A DNA stretch of 64,000 bases from Promethearchaeota archaeon (GCA_019058445.1 JAHPZA010000009.1:352001-416000), one strand, 5' to 3'; counted from the stretch's first letter, positions 19,659 through 30,758 are shown. The notes: a model not told the origin generated them from the letters alone. Program-made: numbers and translations.

Positions 19659-22055
19659 TTATAAATTAATTTCTAAACGATTGATTATATCGTTTTGGAT
19701 AGCTGTTCCCAGATCGGTAAAATTAGCATTGTATCCTCCCACTTTTACTATTAAATCAGGATAATTCTCAGGATGTTTTTGAGCATCTCTTAAAGTATCA
19801 GTAGATACAACCGTAGGTTGGATTTGCATACCACCCTTATTAAAATAGGTTCTTAGGAGGTGATAAAACTTCTCTACGTTTTTATCTCCCTCAAAATTTT
19901 GAGGATGAAATCTCGCATTAATAGCTACTCCATTCGTTGCTAACGAATAGTTTAATTTTGCAATTGAATTTAAAGCTGCTGTTATACCATTGCGTTCAGT
20001 TTGGTTAGTTGGAGATAAGCTATTAGATAATGGCTGAAATGATTTTCTACCATCTGCCGAAGCTAAAGTAATTAGACCTTCTAGTACATGTATGCCCATA
20101 GTATAGCATCCAGGATTAAATCGACCTCCTCTAATGGGTTTATGTTTCACTACTTCTTGACAATAGAGGTCCCATAATTCAACTGCCATAGCATCAACTT
20201 CGTCTTGATCATTACCCCATTTTTGATATTTATTTAATAATTCCTTATGAAGTATATTTTGTCTTTTGAAGTTTGAATTTAAAATATTTACAAATTCGGG
20301 AAGAGTAATTAATTTTTGCTCATAGACTAGTTTTTTTATATTATACATTGAGTTTACCAAACTTGCAAAACTGAAGGCCGTTATCGAAGAGAAATTATAT
20401 TTTGCGCCACCCTGGGTATAATCTTTTCCTTTTTCTAAACATTCCTCTAGTGTTGCAGAGATAAATGACTGCTGACACCATTTCATAGCTTCATCGTCCA
20501 TTAAATTAGCAATTTGTGCAGCTTTTTTAATATTAAACTGAAGCTGTTTTTTAAAAGCTTTATAAAAATCTTTATACGTTTTAAAGCTAGCAGGATCCCC
20601 TGTTTGTAATCCATCAATCTGACTAGAAAAATGACTATAGCCATTATTGAGGGTCAATTCCAATACACCAGGTAAATTCAAAAACATATGTCCCGTAGCT
20701 GCGAATGTATTTCCTTGAGAGGTGGGTTCGACACATCCAATAATGACATAATTACGCGCGTCATCTAACGAATATCCTGCTTTATGTAAAGCCGGAACGA
20801 TAATTTCGTCATTATAAAAAGCGATTCCCGAGGTGGATTGAAAAACTTTTAAAGCTTCAAGAAAAAAGTTCTTAGGAGTACTTTTATGAATTCTAATGGA
20901 AAGATCCGAGGTAAGGGATTTAAGATTTTTATAGGCTTCTAAGAACATATAAGAGAGTTCATTTGTAGTATCCTCCCCGTTCGTATCAATCCCAGAAATA
21001 GTAATAGTTTGCGTATTTAACCCTATTGCATTCGCTGCTGCAGTATAATTCGTAGGCAATAACGTACAATTCCATGTAAGTTTTAAGTTTAATTCCTCTA
21101 TAAGCTCTAACGCAAACTCTCTTGTTACTTTATTTTCTTTAACATCATTATAATAATAAGACCATAAGATTTGATCTAGTCTACCTAAAGCTAAAACACT
21201 CCTATAATAAATGATATTTGCAATATTCTGAGTGAACCATATATATTGAACTGCTTCATAGAATGATTTTGGTGAGCTTTTTGAGAGATTTTCCATACAC
21301 TCTGCGATTGAAATCAATTCGCTTCTTCTTTTTATGTCATTTTCCCTTTTAGCCATTTGATGAGCAAGTTCAGAATAGCGAAGCGCAAACTCTATTGCGG
21401 CATGATAATATATTTTGACTGCCTCATAAAATGCATTCTTCTCTTTATATTCAGGATCAGCTTTCTCTAATCTCTTTTGAAAATACTCAGTCTCTTTAAT
21501 TATACCAGGATATCCTAGTTTCAATAATTTTTCGTACCCCGCACATATATGCCCCTCATTCGTTCCAGTCATTACAGCTATATTTGGTGCAGACGCAGCA
21601 GTATTATCATCTCTTAATAAAATTTTCTCCTCTTGCATTCTATTGTATATTATATCACCATACAGGGATTTCCCTTCCCAATACGGAATAATTTGCATCA
21701 GACTTTCAATATCTTCATCTGAAATATGAAAAGGTTGTGGTTTACGTTCTCCTAATTTTCTCAAACTTTCTTTATCTGTAAAACCTCTAAAAGAATGCAG
21801 TTCAAAAGTCAATTTTTCACCAAGATTTTTACTTGTTTCATTTCCAACAAGTAATTCATCATCTCTAATGAAAATTGTCATATTTTTTAATGTATGGGCG
21901 ATAGCCTTGGCTTTTTTTATGATTTCTGGGTCCTCTTCATTACTTTTATAAATTTCAGTAAAAAATTTAAGCCGCTGCACGCATAAATCATAGGAGCTTG
22001 AGAGCAAATTCTCTTTTAATTTGATCGTCCTTTTATTTTTTGCATTAGAAGCCAA
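19659..22055 (-). CDS. Glycyl-radical enzyme (PFL2/dehydratase-like family)
   Basis: GRLDQ, GCVEP catalytic Cys loop, and C-terminal HPENYPDLIVKVGGY. Confidence 0.9.
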   Translation of the reverse strand: MASNAKNKRTIKLKENLLSSSYDLCVQRLKFFTEIYKSNEEDPEIIKKAKAIAHTLKNMTIFIRDDELLVGNETSKNLGEKLTFELHSFRGFTDKESLRKLGERKPQPFHISDEDIESLMQIIPYWEGKSLYGDIIYNRMQEEKILLRDDNTAASAPNIAVMTGTNEGHICAGYEKLLKLGYPGIIKETEYFQKRLEKADPEYKEKNAFYEAVKIYYHAAIEFALRYSELAHQMAKRENDIKRRSELISIAECMENLSKSSPKSFYEAVQYIWFTQNIANIIYYRSVLALGRLDQILWSYYYNDVKENKVTREFALELIEELNLKLTWNCTLLPTNYTAAANAIGLNTQTITISGIDTNGEDTTNELSYMFLEAYKNLKSLTSDLSIRIHKSTPKNFFLEALKVFQSTSGIAFYNDEIIVPALHKAGYSLDDARNYVIIGCVEPTSQGNTFAATGHMFLNLPGVLELTLNNGYSHFSSQIDGLQTGDPASFKTYKDFYKAFKKQLQFNIKKAAQIANLMDDEAMKWCQQSFISATLEECLEKGKDYTQGGAKYNFSSITAFSFASLVNSMYNIKKLVYEQKLITLPEFVNILNSNFKRQNILHKELLNKYQKWGNDQDEVDAMAVELWDLYCQEVVKHKPIRGGRFNPGCYTMGIHVLEGLITLASADGRKSFQPLSNSLSPTNQTERNGITAALNSIAKLNYSLATNGVAINARFHPQNFEGDKNVEKFYHLLRTYFNKGGMQIQPTVVSTDTLRDAQKHPENYPDLIVKVGGYNANFTDLGTAIQNDIINRLEINL

Positions 22056-22231
22056 TCTTAAATCCTCGTAAAATCTTCTCTAGGTATAATAATATTAAAG
22101 CTACATAAAAATTATCCTTTAATATTTAATAGCATTTCAAATTAAAAACTAAGATGACTTGTATTAAATTTGAATTTAAAAGAATAAAATAAATAATGAA
22201 AAATCGAATATAATTTTCAAATTCATGCTTA

Positions 22232-23023
22232 CTATAACCATTCTTCACGTAGTATATCGCCTTGTAAGCTAACAATAATATTTTTAATTGGGACTTTCCT
22301 TTTTGCTCTCGCAGCACCCTCTTTCGCGAGATATACTAATCCAGAACAGCATGGAACTTGCATAGTAAGAACTGTCAGTGTATTGATCTTCGCATCATCC
22401 ATCCACGATCGTATCTTTTCTATATACACTTCTTGCCCTTGATCTAATTTTGGGCAGGCAATAGCAAGTGATTTCCCTTTTAAATATTCGGGATGAAATC
22501 CTCCTAAGGAATATCCTACACAATCAGCAGCAAGTAATACATCCGCACCTTGGTAGTAAGGAGCTGTTGGAGAGATTAAATGCATTTGAATCGGCCACTG
22601 TCGTAATTGAGATTTGATTGATCCCTCTATTACTTGTTCATCTCCATCATCACATTCGGTAAAAGTCATAGTACGCGATCCTGGACATCCACATGCAATA
22701 TTACCAGACTCATCAGCTGCTAGATGTAGCTCCTTTTGTTGAGTAGATTTTTGATTCTCAAGATGTTCTTCCACAGCTTTTTCATCAAATTCTACAGCTT
22801 CACGCTCGATTATTCTTAGAGCACCAGCAGGGCATTCACCGAGGCATGCACCCAGCCCATCACAAAATACATCACTTATCACCTTAGCTTTACCGTCAAT
22901 TATCTCTAATGCTCCCTCTGCGCAAGTAATTACACAATTGCCACAACCCGTGCATAAATCCTCATCAATTTCAATTATTTTTCTATTAACCAATTTTTTT
23001 TGTTCAGCTACTGTCATTTTCAT
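22232..23023 (-). CDS. 4Fe-4S ferredoxin-domain protein
   Basis: CTGCGNC, CDGLGACLGECP, CGCPG, QWPIQ, ACPKLD and VPCC motifs. Confidence 0.85.
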   Translation of the reverse strand: MKMTVAEQKKLVNRKIIEIDEDLCTGCGNCVITCAEGALEIIDGKAKVISDVFCDGLGACLGECPAGALRIIEREAVEFDEKAVEEHLENQKSTQQKELHLAADESGNIACGCPGSRTMTFTECDDGDEQVIEGSIKSQLRQWPIQMHLISPTAPYYQGADVLLAADCVGYSLGGFHPEYLKGKSLAIACPKLDQGQEVYIEKIRSWMDDAKINTLTVLTMQVPCCSGLVYLAKEGAARAKRKVPIKNIIVSLQGDILREEWL

Positions 23024-23082
23024 GATACTACTTTTTATTTCTTAATTAAAAAGTAAATCGATTTGCATATATCTTTACTTGC

Positions 23083-23092
23083 GAACATGTTC
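23083..23092. promoter_or_regulatory. Palindrome GAACATGTTC in a divergent promoter region
   Basis: Perfect 10-bp palindrome between divergent redox genes. Confidence 0.3.
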
Positions 23093-23145
23093 AAATTAAC
23101 AAATCATAATAAAAACCTTAAAATAAGAAGAAAAATCAATAAAAA

Positions 23146-24495
23146 ATGATGAAAGTTGTAATTATAGGAAATGGAGTAGCAGGTACTTTTACGGCTCAAC
23201 ATATTCGAAATCATGATGAAAATGTTGAGATTGAAATTTATTCACAAGAAAGTTATCCCTATTATACTCGAATAAAACTTCCAGAATTAATTAGTGAGCG
23301 GGTCAAGATTGATGATCTCATTGTTTTTAAAAAAGAATGGTATGAAAAGAAGAATATTAAAACTCATCTAAATAAAAATATTATTTCAATTGATCCCAAG
23401 CAAAAGCAAATATTTATAGAAGATGAGAATGAGCCTGTAGCTTATGATAAGCTCATTCTTGCTACAGGAAGCATGCCAAATATCCCACCTATTAAGAACG
23501 CAGTTGAAATGGTTGGCAAGGGAGTTTTTACCTTACGTAATATAGATAATGCTTTGGAGATTCGAAAATATATTAAAACTAATGAGATTAAGAAAGCTGT
23601 CATTATTGGTGGAGGTTTATTGGGATTAGAATTAGCAAGACAAATAAAAAATTGCGACTTAAATACAACGGTTGTAGAATTTTTTCCCAGGCTATTACCT
23701 CGCCAATTGGATGTGGGTTGTGGAGATATGCTGAAAGAAGATATAGAAAAAATGGGGATAAAAGTAGTGCTAGACGCAGCAACTGAAGAGATTGAAGTAA
23801 ACGGGACTATAAAAGGAATTAAAATAAAGGATGGAAGGAAAATTGAAGCAGACATCGTTTTAATTCAGGCAGGTGTAAGAAACACAATTGGTCTAGCAAA
23901 GAATGCAAATTTAGAGACTAATCGAGGGATTGTTGTCAATAAATACTTAGAAACTAGTGAAGAGGATATATATGCTGTTGGAGACTGCATAGAATACAAG
24001 AATCAAACTTGGGGGATTATTCCCGCTTGCCTAGAGCAATCTAAAATACTGGCAGCATCTGTTATAGGTAATCGAAATATCGAATATGAAGGTACGGTTC
24101 CAAAAAATACATTAAAGATCGTTGGAATAGATCTCACTTCTGTTGGAATATATGATCCTTCAGATAAAGATCTTGTTGGTGCAGGGTGGGATATTATGAA
24201 AAACATAGATAAAAAAGGAGGATGTTATAAAAAAATCGTGTTGAAAGATAACACTCTCAAGGGAGCAATCTTATTTGGAGAAAAAGAGGCAATTCCATAT
24301 GTTAATAAACACATTGAAAAACAGATAAACGAATCAGAGCTAAGAGAAGCTATTAATTTATATAAATGGATATGTGGAGGTTGTGGAGCAGAATATGATG
24401 ATGCTAAAATGGAGATATTATTCAAAGATTTACCTGAAGATTGGAAATGCCCTAATTGTAAAGGCCCCAAGTCAGGATTTAAGAAAAAAATATAA
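23146..24495 (+). CDS. NAD(P)H:rubredoxin oxidoreductase-like flavoprotein with a C-terminal rubredoxin domain
   Basis: GNGVAG, ATGS, GGGLLGLE and YAVGDC motifs; C-terminal CGGCG...DLPEDWKCPNC. Confidence 0.88.
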   Translation: MMKVVIIGNGVAGTFTAQHIRNHDENVEIEIYSQESYPYYTRIKLPELISERVKIDDLIVFKKEWYEKKNIKTHLNKNIISIDPKQKQIFIEDENEPVAYDKLILATGSMPNIPPIKNAVEMVGKGVFTLRNIDNALEIRKYIKTNEIKKAVIIGGGLLGLELARQIKNCDLNTTVVEFFPRLLPRQLDVGCGDMLKEDIEKMGIKVVLDAATEEIEVNGTIKGIKIKDGRKIEADIVLIQAGVRNTIGLAKNANLETNRGIVVNKYLETSEEDIYAVGDCIEYKNQTWGIIPACLEQSKILAASVIGNRNIEYEGTVPKNTLKIVGIDLTSVGIYDPSDKDLVGAGWDIMKNIDKKGGCYKKIVLKDNTLKGAILFGEKEAIPYVNKHIEKQINESELREAINLYKWICGGCGAEYDDAKMEILFKDLPEDWKCPNCKGPKSGFKKKI

Positions 24496-24533
24496 ATTTT
24501 AAAAAACACCATAGAAAAAATATTTGAAAAAGT

Positions 24534-24674
24534 ATGCCAACATATAGATGTAAACGATGTCAATTTCTCTATATTGATGAGAGAAGGGAAATTCCTTTTG
24601 AAGAACTCGATGAAAAGTTTAAATGCCCTAGGTGTCGGTGTTCAAAAAAAATGTTTGAATGTTTAGAAAGGTAG
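24534..24674 (+). CDS. Rubredoxin-like protein (46 aa, not in track)
   Basis: MPTYRCKRCQFLYIDERREIPFEELDEKFKCPRCRCSKKMFECLER. Confidence 0.75.
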   Translation: MPTYRCKRCQFLYIDERREIPFEELDEKFKCPRCRCSKKMFECLER

Positions 24675-24706
24675 TAAATCTTTAAAAATTCAAATGTGGT
24701 GAGATA

Positions 24707-26029
24707 ATGAAGAACTCCATTAAGAAAATGATTTTATTATTAATTTATTTTTCCAGTCCATTAGCTGTTATTCTCTTATTCTATATTTTAAATCCCTCAG
24801 TATTATCTCAACGTCCATTAAGACAGCTAGCAAATATCCTAGGTCTTACAGCTTATATCATTCTTATTTATGAGTTTGTGTTAACCTCCAGATTAAAGGT
24901 AATTGATAGGATTTTTGGAATGGATCGGATTATTTTATTTCACATAATTATGTCCGCTATTGCAATACAGTTAGCAGTTGTGCATGGGCTTATCATGTTT
25001 TATATAAGTGAAACAACTATCATTCTGATTGGATCGGGAATTAATCTCTTAGCACAATTTATTATTTTGATGGCAGTAGGCGCAATTTTTTTACATGGGT
25101 CTGGAAAGAAAATAAAAAAACTAGATTATAACGTAGCAAAGACAATACACAATTTAACAATTATTACAACATCTTTTTTATTTCTACATGCATTAGGTAC
25201 TAATCTTAATTATCCATCTCCAATTATACTTATTATATATACTCTTTTTTATTTATTGGCATTAGGATCTTGGCTAAATCTTAAAGTAATTCGAATAAGA
25301 AAAGTGAAAAACAATCCTTATGAAATTATTCAGGTAAAAAATGAGGCAGGTTCTTACTGGACATTAACATTAAAACCGAAGAATGCAGAAATTCTAGATT
25401 ATTCACCAGGACAATATGGCTATCTCTCCATAAAATCTCAAGAAGTATCAAAAGAATTTCATCCATTTTCATTTGCATCAAGTCCCGTAAAAAATGACTC
25501 TATTAGCTTTACGATAAAAGAATTAGGGGATTATACTAATCAAATTGGAACAGTTAAAATTGGAGAAACTGCTTATATTGAGGGACCTTATGGAATTTTT
25601 AATGCCCTTAAATCTAAAGCGAATCACCTAGTTTTAATTGCTGGAGGATCGGGTATTACACCCTTTCTTAGCCTGCTCCGTTATATGAAAGACACTAAGA
25701 ACACTAGAAAAGTAACTCTAATTTGGGGTGTAAAATTTCCTTATGAATTATTTCTGAATGATGAGTTTGAAGAAATGAAAAGGATAAATCCAAATTTAGC
25801 TATAATTCCGGTAATTTCTGATGATGAGAGTTGGGAAGGTGAATCTGGATTTATTGATCGCGAAAAACTAGAGCGTTTAGCTCCTTGTGTTGATCCTGGA
25901 AAAGAAATCCAAAAAAATGATTATTATATTTGCGGACCCCCAGCTATGGTAAAAAATGTACGACCTGCATTGAAATCATTGGGTGTAAATAAAAGTAAAT
26001 ACCTTCACACTGAAAAATTTTATCGTTAA
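24707..26029 (+). CDS. Ferric reductase-like transmembrane protein with FAD/NAD-binding domains
   Basis: TM region with paired His residues; HPFS, EGPYG, AGGSGITP and CGPP motifs. Confidence 0.88.
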   Translation: MKNSIKKMILLLIYFSSPLAVILLFYILNPSVLSQRPLRQLANILGLTAYIILIYEFVLTSRLKVIDRIFGMDRIILFHIIMSAIAIQLAVVHGLIMFYISETTIILIGSGINLLAQFIILMAVGAIFLHGSGKKIKKLDYNVAKTIHNLTIITTSFLFLHALGTNLNYPSPIILIIYTLFYLLALGSWLNLKVIRIRKVKNNPYEIIQVKNEAGSYWTLTLKPKNAEILDYSPGQYGYLSIKSQEVSKEFHPFSFASSPVKNDSISFTIKELGDYTNQIGTVKIGETAYIEGPYGIFNALKSKANHLVLIAGGSGITPFLSLLRYMKDTKNTRKVTLIWGVKFPYELFLNDEFEEMKRINPNLAIIPVISDDESWEGESGFIDREKLERLAPCVDPGKEIQKNDYYICGPPAMVKNVRPALKSLGVNKSKYLHTEKFYR

Positions 26030-26208
26030 TGATTATTATCCGATTTTTAACTTTTTCAGAATATATTCTTAAATGTTTGAATTTAAAATTCAAATTTTAA
26101 AAATATATTTTTGCTACCTTCAAATTATTAAAGAAAAGCATTTATAGTTCTTGGTACACATTTATTTAACTCTTCAATGAGAGGAAAAAATAAGGTTTTG
26201 AATGTTTT

Positions 26209-26805
26209 ATGGAAAATACGCTAAAGCTTGAAATAATTGCTCAAGAAAATTTGATTGTCGCAAAAAGAGAAAAAATAATTGCATCTGAATTAAAACAATT
26301 AGCTAAAAATCTCTTGAAAAAAGCAAAAACACGTGAAAAATTTGTAAATAGAGAAATTAATTTAGCAAAAATAAGAAAGGAATTTATCAAAGAAAATGAG
26401 AAATTATTAGAAAATAAAATTAAATCTAAAGATATATTAGAGATTTCTGAGGAAGAATTAAAAAAAGATAGGGATTTTATAGAGCATCATGAAAAAGTCG
26501 CTGAAGATCAACTCGAAATGGCAAAAAAACATAAATCAATTGCAGAAATCGAAGAAAAATTGGCCAAAAACAAAATTGAATTAGCAAATATTAAAATTCA
26601 TGCCTCAAATATCCGATTAAAGTTATCAAAATTACAACTTAAATATTTAAAAACGATTGAGAGAAGCGGCTCGCAATCAAAAGCAATGTTAATTAAAGGG
26701 TTGTTTAAGCAAGAACAAGAAAATTTGAATCAATACTTAAGCGAAATAAGGGAAAAAGAGGAGGAAATAAAATTACTGCAAGCGAATATAACAAATTTAA
26801 AATAA
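26209..26805 (+). CDS. Coiled-coil hypothetical protein
   Basis: 198-aa ORF rich in E/K/L heptads. Confidence 0.6.
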   Translation: MENTLKLEIIAQENLIVAKREKIIASELKQLAKNLLKKAKTREKFVNREINLAKIRKEFIKENEKLLENKIKSKDILEISEEELKKDRDFIEHHEKVAEDQLEMAKKHKSIAEIEEKLAKNKIELANIKIHASNIRLKLSKLQLKYLKTIERSGSQSKAMLIKGLFKQEQENLNQYLSEIREKEEEIKLLQANITNLK

Positions 26806-26871
26806 TATTTATCCTCCTATATTTTAGTAAAACTTAAAACTCAAGTTTAAATTATTTATGCTCAATATACT

Positions 26872-27288
26872 CTATTCTTCTTTTAACTTTTTAAGAATAT
26901 ATTCCAAAATAGTAATCACTCGTTCTTTATATGAAATTTGCTCTGGATAATCATAACTAAATGATTTCCAATGAGGTCGCTTATGACCTATTTTAAATTT
27001 CACACCTTTCATAGTAGTCCAGTAAGAATTAGGATTAATCTTGGTAGCTATTTGATCGGCAATAATATACCAATGATACTTAGTTTGGATATTAGCTCCT
27101 GAATTGAGTGGTGCGGGATTGACTCGGGTTTTGACGCTATTAAAATTAAAACTCCATCTATCAGGTGCTTTTTTAGTTTCATGCCATTTCCCATCTTTAT
27201 AATTCCAAAAGTGAGAATGACCAATCTCCATACCTGTATATTTTTTGTACTTGTAAGATTTAAGTGTGTTGTACGTCGTTAAAATCAC
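26872..27288 (-). CDS. Hypothetical protein
   Basis: 138-aa Trp-rich ORF (YTGMEIGHSHFW...YHWYIIADQ); start uncertain. Confidence 0.6.
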   Translation of the reverse strand: MILTTYNTLKSYKYKKYTGMEIGHSHFWNYKDGKWHETKKAPDRWSFNFNSVKTRVNPAPLNSGANIQTKYHWYIIADQIATKINPNSYWTTMKGVKFKIGHKRPHWKSFSYDYPEQISYKERVITILEYILKKLKEE

Positions 27289-27411
27289 TTAATTACAAAA
27301 TTAACTTAGTACAGTAGTACACATTTTCATATAAATAATAAGACACCTGCAATTTTTCAATAATATTCATAAAAAATCCAACTTCTAAAAATTAAGAGAG
27401 AATTGAAATGA

Positions 27412-29007
27412 TTAATTTCTTTTATAGACAGATTTGCCTCTTACAATTGTCTCAAGAACTTGAATATTTTTTATCTGGGCTTTCGGGACTTCGAGTGGAT
27501 TTTTATCTAATATAACAAAATCTGCTAATTTTCCAACCTCGATGCTCCCTTTTACATCTTCTTCAAAGGCGGCATATGCTCCATTTATTGTGTATGTTTT
27601 TAAAGCCTCTTCAATAGAAATACATTGTTCTGGCACTAATCCATTTCGAGTAACTAAAGCATGTATCCCTAAAATAACATCCGGTACTTCAACCGGGCAA
27701 TCTGAACCTGATGCTATGACCACCCCGGCATCTATAAGTGATTTATAGGGGTAGGTATATTTACATCGGTCCTTCCCAATACGTTTTTCCAACCAAGTAT
27801 ATTCTGAATTAATAAATGATGGTTGACAAGACGCGATCAAACCCAGTTCTTTCATATCACGAATAACATCAGCGGTTAACATAGATGCATGCTCAACTCT
27901 ATGACGATGGTCTTCTCGGGGATTTTCTTTTAAGAGTCTTTTATATAAATCAACCACTATTCTATTACCCTTATCTCCTATTGTATGAACACCTATTTGA
28001 AATCCACGATTATGAGCATCTTTCATTAAATTGTATAATTTTTCAGTATCAACCACACAAAAACCACACATATCGGGAGCGTCCGAAAAAGGTTCAAACA
28101 TGCATGCTGTTTTTGCTCCAAAAGTGCCATCTGCAAACGTTTTAAAACCCCCAATTTTAAATTTACTGTATTTATGTCCCTCATCTAAGGGAGGCTTTTT
28201 TACTTTTACGATATTATTGATATCCTCTGTGGTTACTAAACAATACCAATTCTGAAGTACTTTTGGAATAATTGATTTCATAATTGAGAACTCAACACCC
28301 CGACCTCTATCATATTCGACTAGACCGCAAATTGAGGTAATCCCCTTTTCAGCTAATATTTTAAATGCTTTTTCTGCGCCATCCATAATTTCGGATGGGT
28401 TTGGAAACGACATTTTAGAATATAAGAGATTTAGAGCTTCTTCGGAAATAATTCCAGTTATTTCTCCCTTTTCATTTTTTCTTATTTCTCCACCCTCAGG
28501 AACTTCTGTTTCAGCTGTTATTCCAGCAATCTCTAATGCTTTAGTATTTGCAACCCCAATATGCCCATCATATCTTACAAGAAAAACCGGATTTTCAGAA
28601 CAAATCTCATCTAGTTGCCATCTTGTTGGTAATGTTCTTTCTTCAGGATTAGTGAAATATTCTTCATTTAGACGTAACCCAATTATCCATTCAGATGAGT
28701 TTTTTTGAGGAGCAGTCTCTCTTATGAGAATGTGAAGATCTTTCATACTTTTAACATTAGTAAGATCAAGATTCACTAGGAAAAATATGAACATTATTGG
28801 ATGCATGTGTGAATCAATAAACCCCGGAAGTAATGTAAATCCATCCAAATTAATTAATTCAAATCCATCTCCCATTTTTTGTTTAATCTCAGTAAATTTT
28901 CCCACAGCAACAATTTTTTCTCCTTCAGTTGCTACTGCTTCTACAGAAGGTTGGTCCTCATTTAAAGTTAATATGGCTCCCCCATAATAAATCCTTTTTT
29001 CATTCAA
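27412..29007 (-). CDS. Amidohydrolase-3 family (YtcJ-like)
   Basis: PGFIDSHMH, HTIGD, HRVEHA, GSDCPVE and GKLADF motifs. Confidence 0.9.
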   Translation of the reverse strand: MNEKRIYYGGAILTLNEDQPSVEAVATEGEKIVAVGKFTEIKQKMGDGFELINLDGFTLLPGFIDSHMHPIMFIFFLVNLDLTNVKSMKDLHILIRETAPQKNSSEWIIGLRLNEEYFTNPEERTLPTRWQLDEICSENPVFLVRYDGHIGVANTKALEIAGITAETEVPEGGEIRKNEKGEITGIISEEALNLLYSKMSFPNPSEIMDGAEKAFKILAEKGITSICGLVEYDRGRGVEFSIMKSIIPKVLQNWYCLVTTEDINNIVKVKKPPLDEGHKYSKFKIGGFKTFADGTFGAKTACMFEPFSDAPDMCGFCVVDTEKLYNLMKDAHNRGFQIGVHTIGDKGNRIVVDLYKRLLKENPREDHRHRVEHASMLTADVIRDMKELGLIASCQPSFINSEYTWLEKRIGKDRCKYTYPYKSLIDAGVVIASGSDCPVEVPDVILGIHALVTRNGLVPEQCISIEEALKTYTINGAYAAFEEDVKGSIEVGKLADFVILDKNPLEVPKAQIKNIQVLETIVRGKSVYKRN

Positions 29008-29141
29008 TTTTAAGATCCCCTATTAAAAATAATCTTTAGTTTTAGTTTTTGAAATGTAATATCAAATATAAAATATTTAACAAGAGTTTAGCTTTAAAAA
29101 ATGGAGGAGAAATTTTGAATTATGAGAATATTACGACTTTT

Positions 29142-30758
29142 CTATTCTTTTTTGTAAGCAGTTTTACCACGTATAATCGTTTCTACAACTTTTAGATTTT
29201 TTATATCATTATTTGGGATCTCCAAAGGATTTTTATCTAAGATAACCAAATCTGCTAACTTTCCAACTTCTATACTGCCTTTTACATTCTCTTGGAAAGC
29301 AGCATACGCACCATTAATAGTATAAGCCTTTAAACTCTCCTTTATTGACACGCATTCTTGAGGAGTGTAACCTACTCGAGTAACCATAGCATGAAGTCCT
29401 AAAATAGGATCTGGATCTTCGACTGGACAATCTGAACCTGCAGCAAGAATAACACCAGCATCAATTATAGATTTAAAAGGATATACATAAGAAAAACGCT
29501 TTTTACCTAATCGTTCTTCCAAAAAAGGGCAATCTGAGATTATAAATGGTGGTTGACATGAAGCAATTAATCCTAATTCTTTCATATCATTAATAACATC
29601 TGGGGTTAGCATTGAAGCATGTTCAATTCGATGTCGATGATTTTCTCTTGGAAATTCAGTTAAAAGTTTTTTGTATAAATCTACGATCCCTCGATTACCT
29701 TTATCTCCAATTGCATGAATAGCAATCTGATAACCAAGATTATGCGCAGATTTCATAAGATTATAGATTGTATCATCATCAATCACACAAAAGCCATAAT
29801 TATCTGGTTGGTCTAAATATGGGTCAAACATATAGGCTGTTGATGAACCAAAGGTGCCATCATACCAAAACTTTATACAACCCACTTTAAATTTCCCATC
29901 ATCTTTACCCTCATCTAAGGGTAATTTCTTTATTCTCTTCAATTTTTTGGGAGTTGCAGTATAAACTATACTATAAAAGTTCTGAAGGATTTCTTCTTTA
30001 ATTGTTTTAAGAATCGGAATTGCGATACCACCTAGATTTTCAACGCCACCTTCTCTATCCATTTCATAAACACCATGGACAGTGGTTAATCCTTTTGATG
30101 CTAAATCCTTGTAAAAAGTTGATGCAACTTTAACAATTTTCTCTCTGCTTGGTAGAGTAATTTTTGAAATTATCATATTTCTCGCGTTTTCAGTTAGAAT
30201 GCCATTAGGTTCGCCATTTTCATTTTTTTGTATTTCTCCTCCATCAGGTGAGACTGTATTTTTATCAATTTCAGCAATTTCTAATGCTTTACTATTGATG
30301 ACGCATAAATGGCCATCATGTCTTAAAAGAAATACAGGATTTTCAGAACAGGCCTTATCTAAATCCCAACGTGTCGGTAAAACTGGAACCTCAAAATTTT
30401 CCTCCATTAAATTCAATCCCATAATAAATTCATTAGGTTCCGCTGATTTTGCTGTTTCTTTCAGAAGTTCCTGAAGTTCTTCCAAGCTTTTTATACTTGA
30501 AAGATTTAAATTCATTAAGAAAATAAGAGAGAAAATAGGATGCATATGGCAATCAATAAATCCTGGAAGAAGAGCTTTATCTTTTAAATCTATGATCTCG
30601 TAATCCTTGTCCATCTTATCTTTAACTTCCTCTAAATTGCCTACAGCAATAATTTTTTCACCGCTTATGCCCACTGCTTCAACCAGTGGTTGATTATCGT
30701 TTATGGTGATAATTGGTCCGCCAACAAAAATTTTCCCTTCAGATGTGTCATTATTCAT
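29142..30758 (-). CDS. Amidohydrolase-3 family, tandem paralog
   Basis: PGFIDCHMH, HAIGD, HRIEHA and GSDCPVE motifs. Confidence 0.9.
   Translation of the reverse strand: MNNDTSEGKIFVGGPIITINDNQPLVEAVGISGEKIIAVGNLEEVKDKMDKDYEIIDLKDKALLPGFIDCHMHPIFSLIFLMNLNLSSIKSLEELQELLKETAKSAEPNEFIMGLNLMEENFEVPVLPTRWDLDKACSENPVFLLRHDGHLCVINSKALEIAEIDKNTVSPDGGEIQKNENGEPNGILTENARNMIISKITLPSREKIVKVASTFYKDLASKGLTTVHGVYEMDREGGVENLGGIAIPILKTIKEEILQNFYSIVYTATPKKLKRIKKLPLDEGKDDGKFKVGCIKFWYDGTFGSSTAYMFDPYLDQPDNYGFCVIDDDTIYNLMKSAHNLGYQIAIHAIGDKGNRGIVDLYKKLLTEFPRENHRHRIEHASMLTPDVINDMKELGLIASCQPPFIISDCPFLEERLGKKRFSYVYPFKSIIDAGVILAAGSDCPVEDPDPILGLHAMVTRVGYTPQECVSIKESLKAYTINGAYAAFQENVKGSIEVGKLADLVILDKNPLEIPNNDIKNLKVVETIIRGKTAYKKE

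Noticed and set aside
27270-27292. Possible ACG start for 26872-27288 behind AAGTGAT
   Set aside because: An in-frame GTG is available, so a non-canonical start cannot be argued without an alignment.
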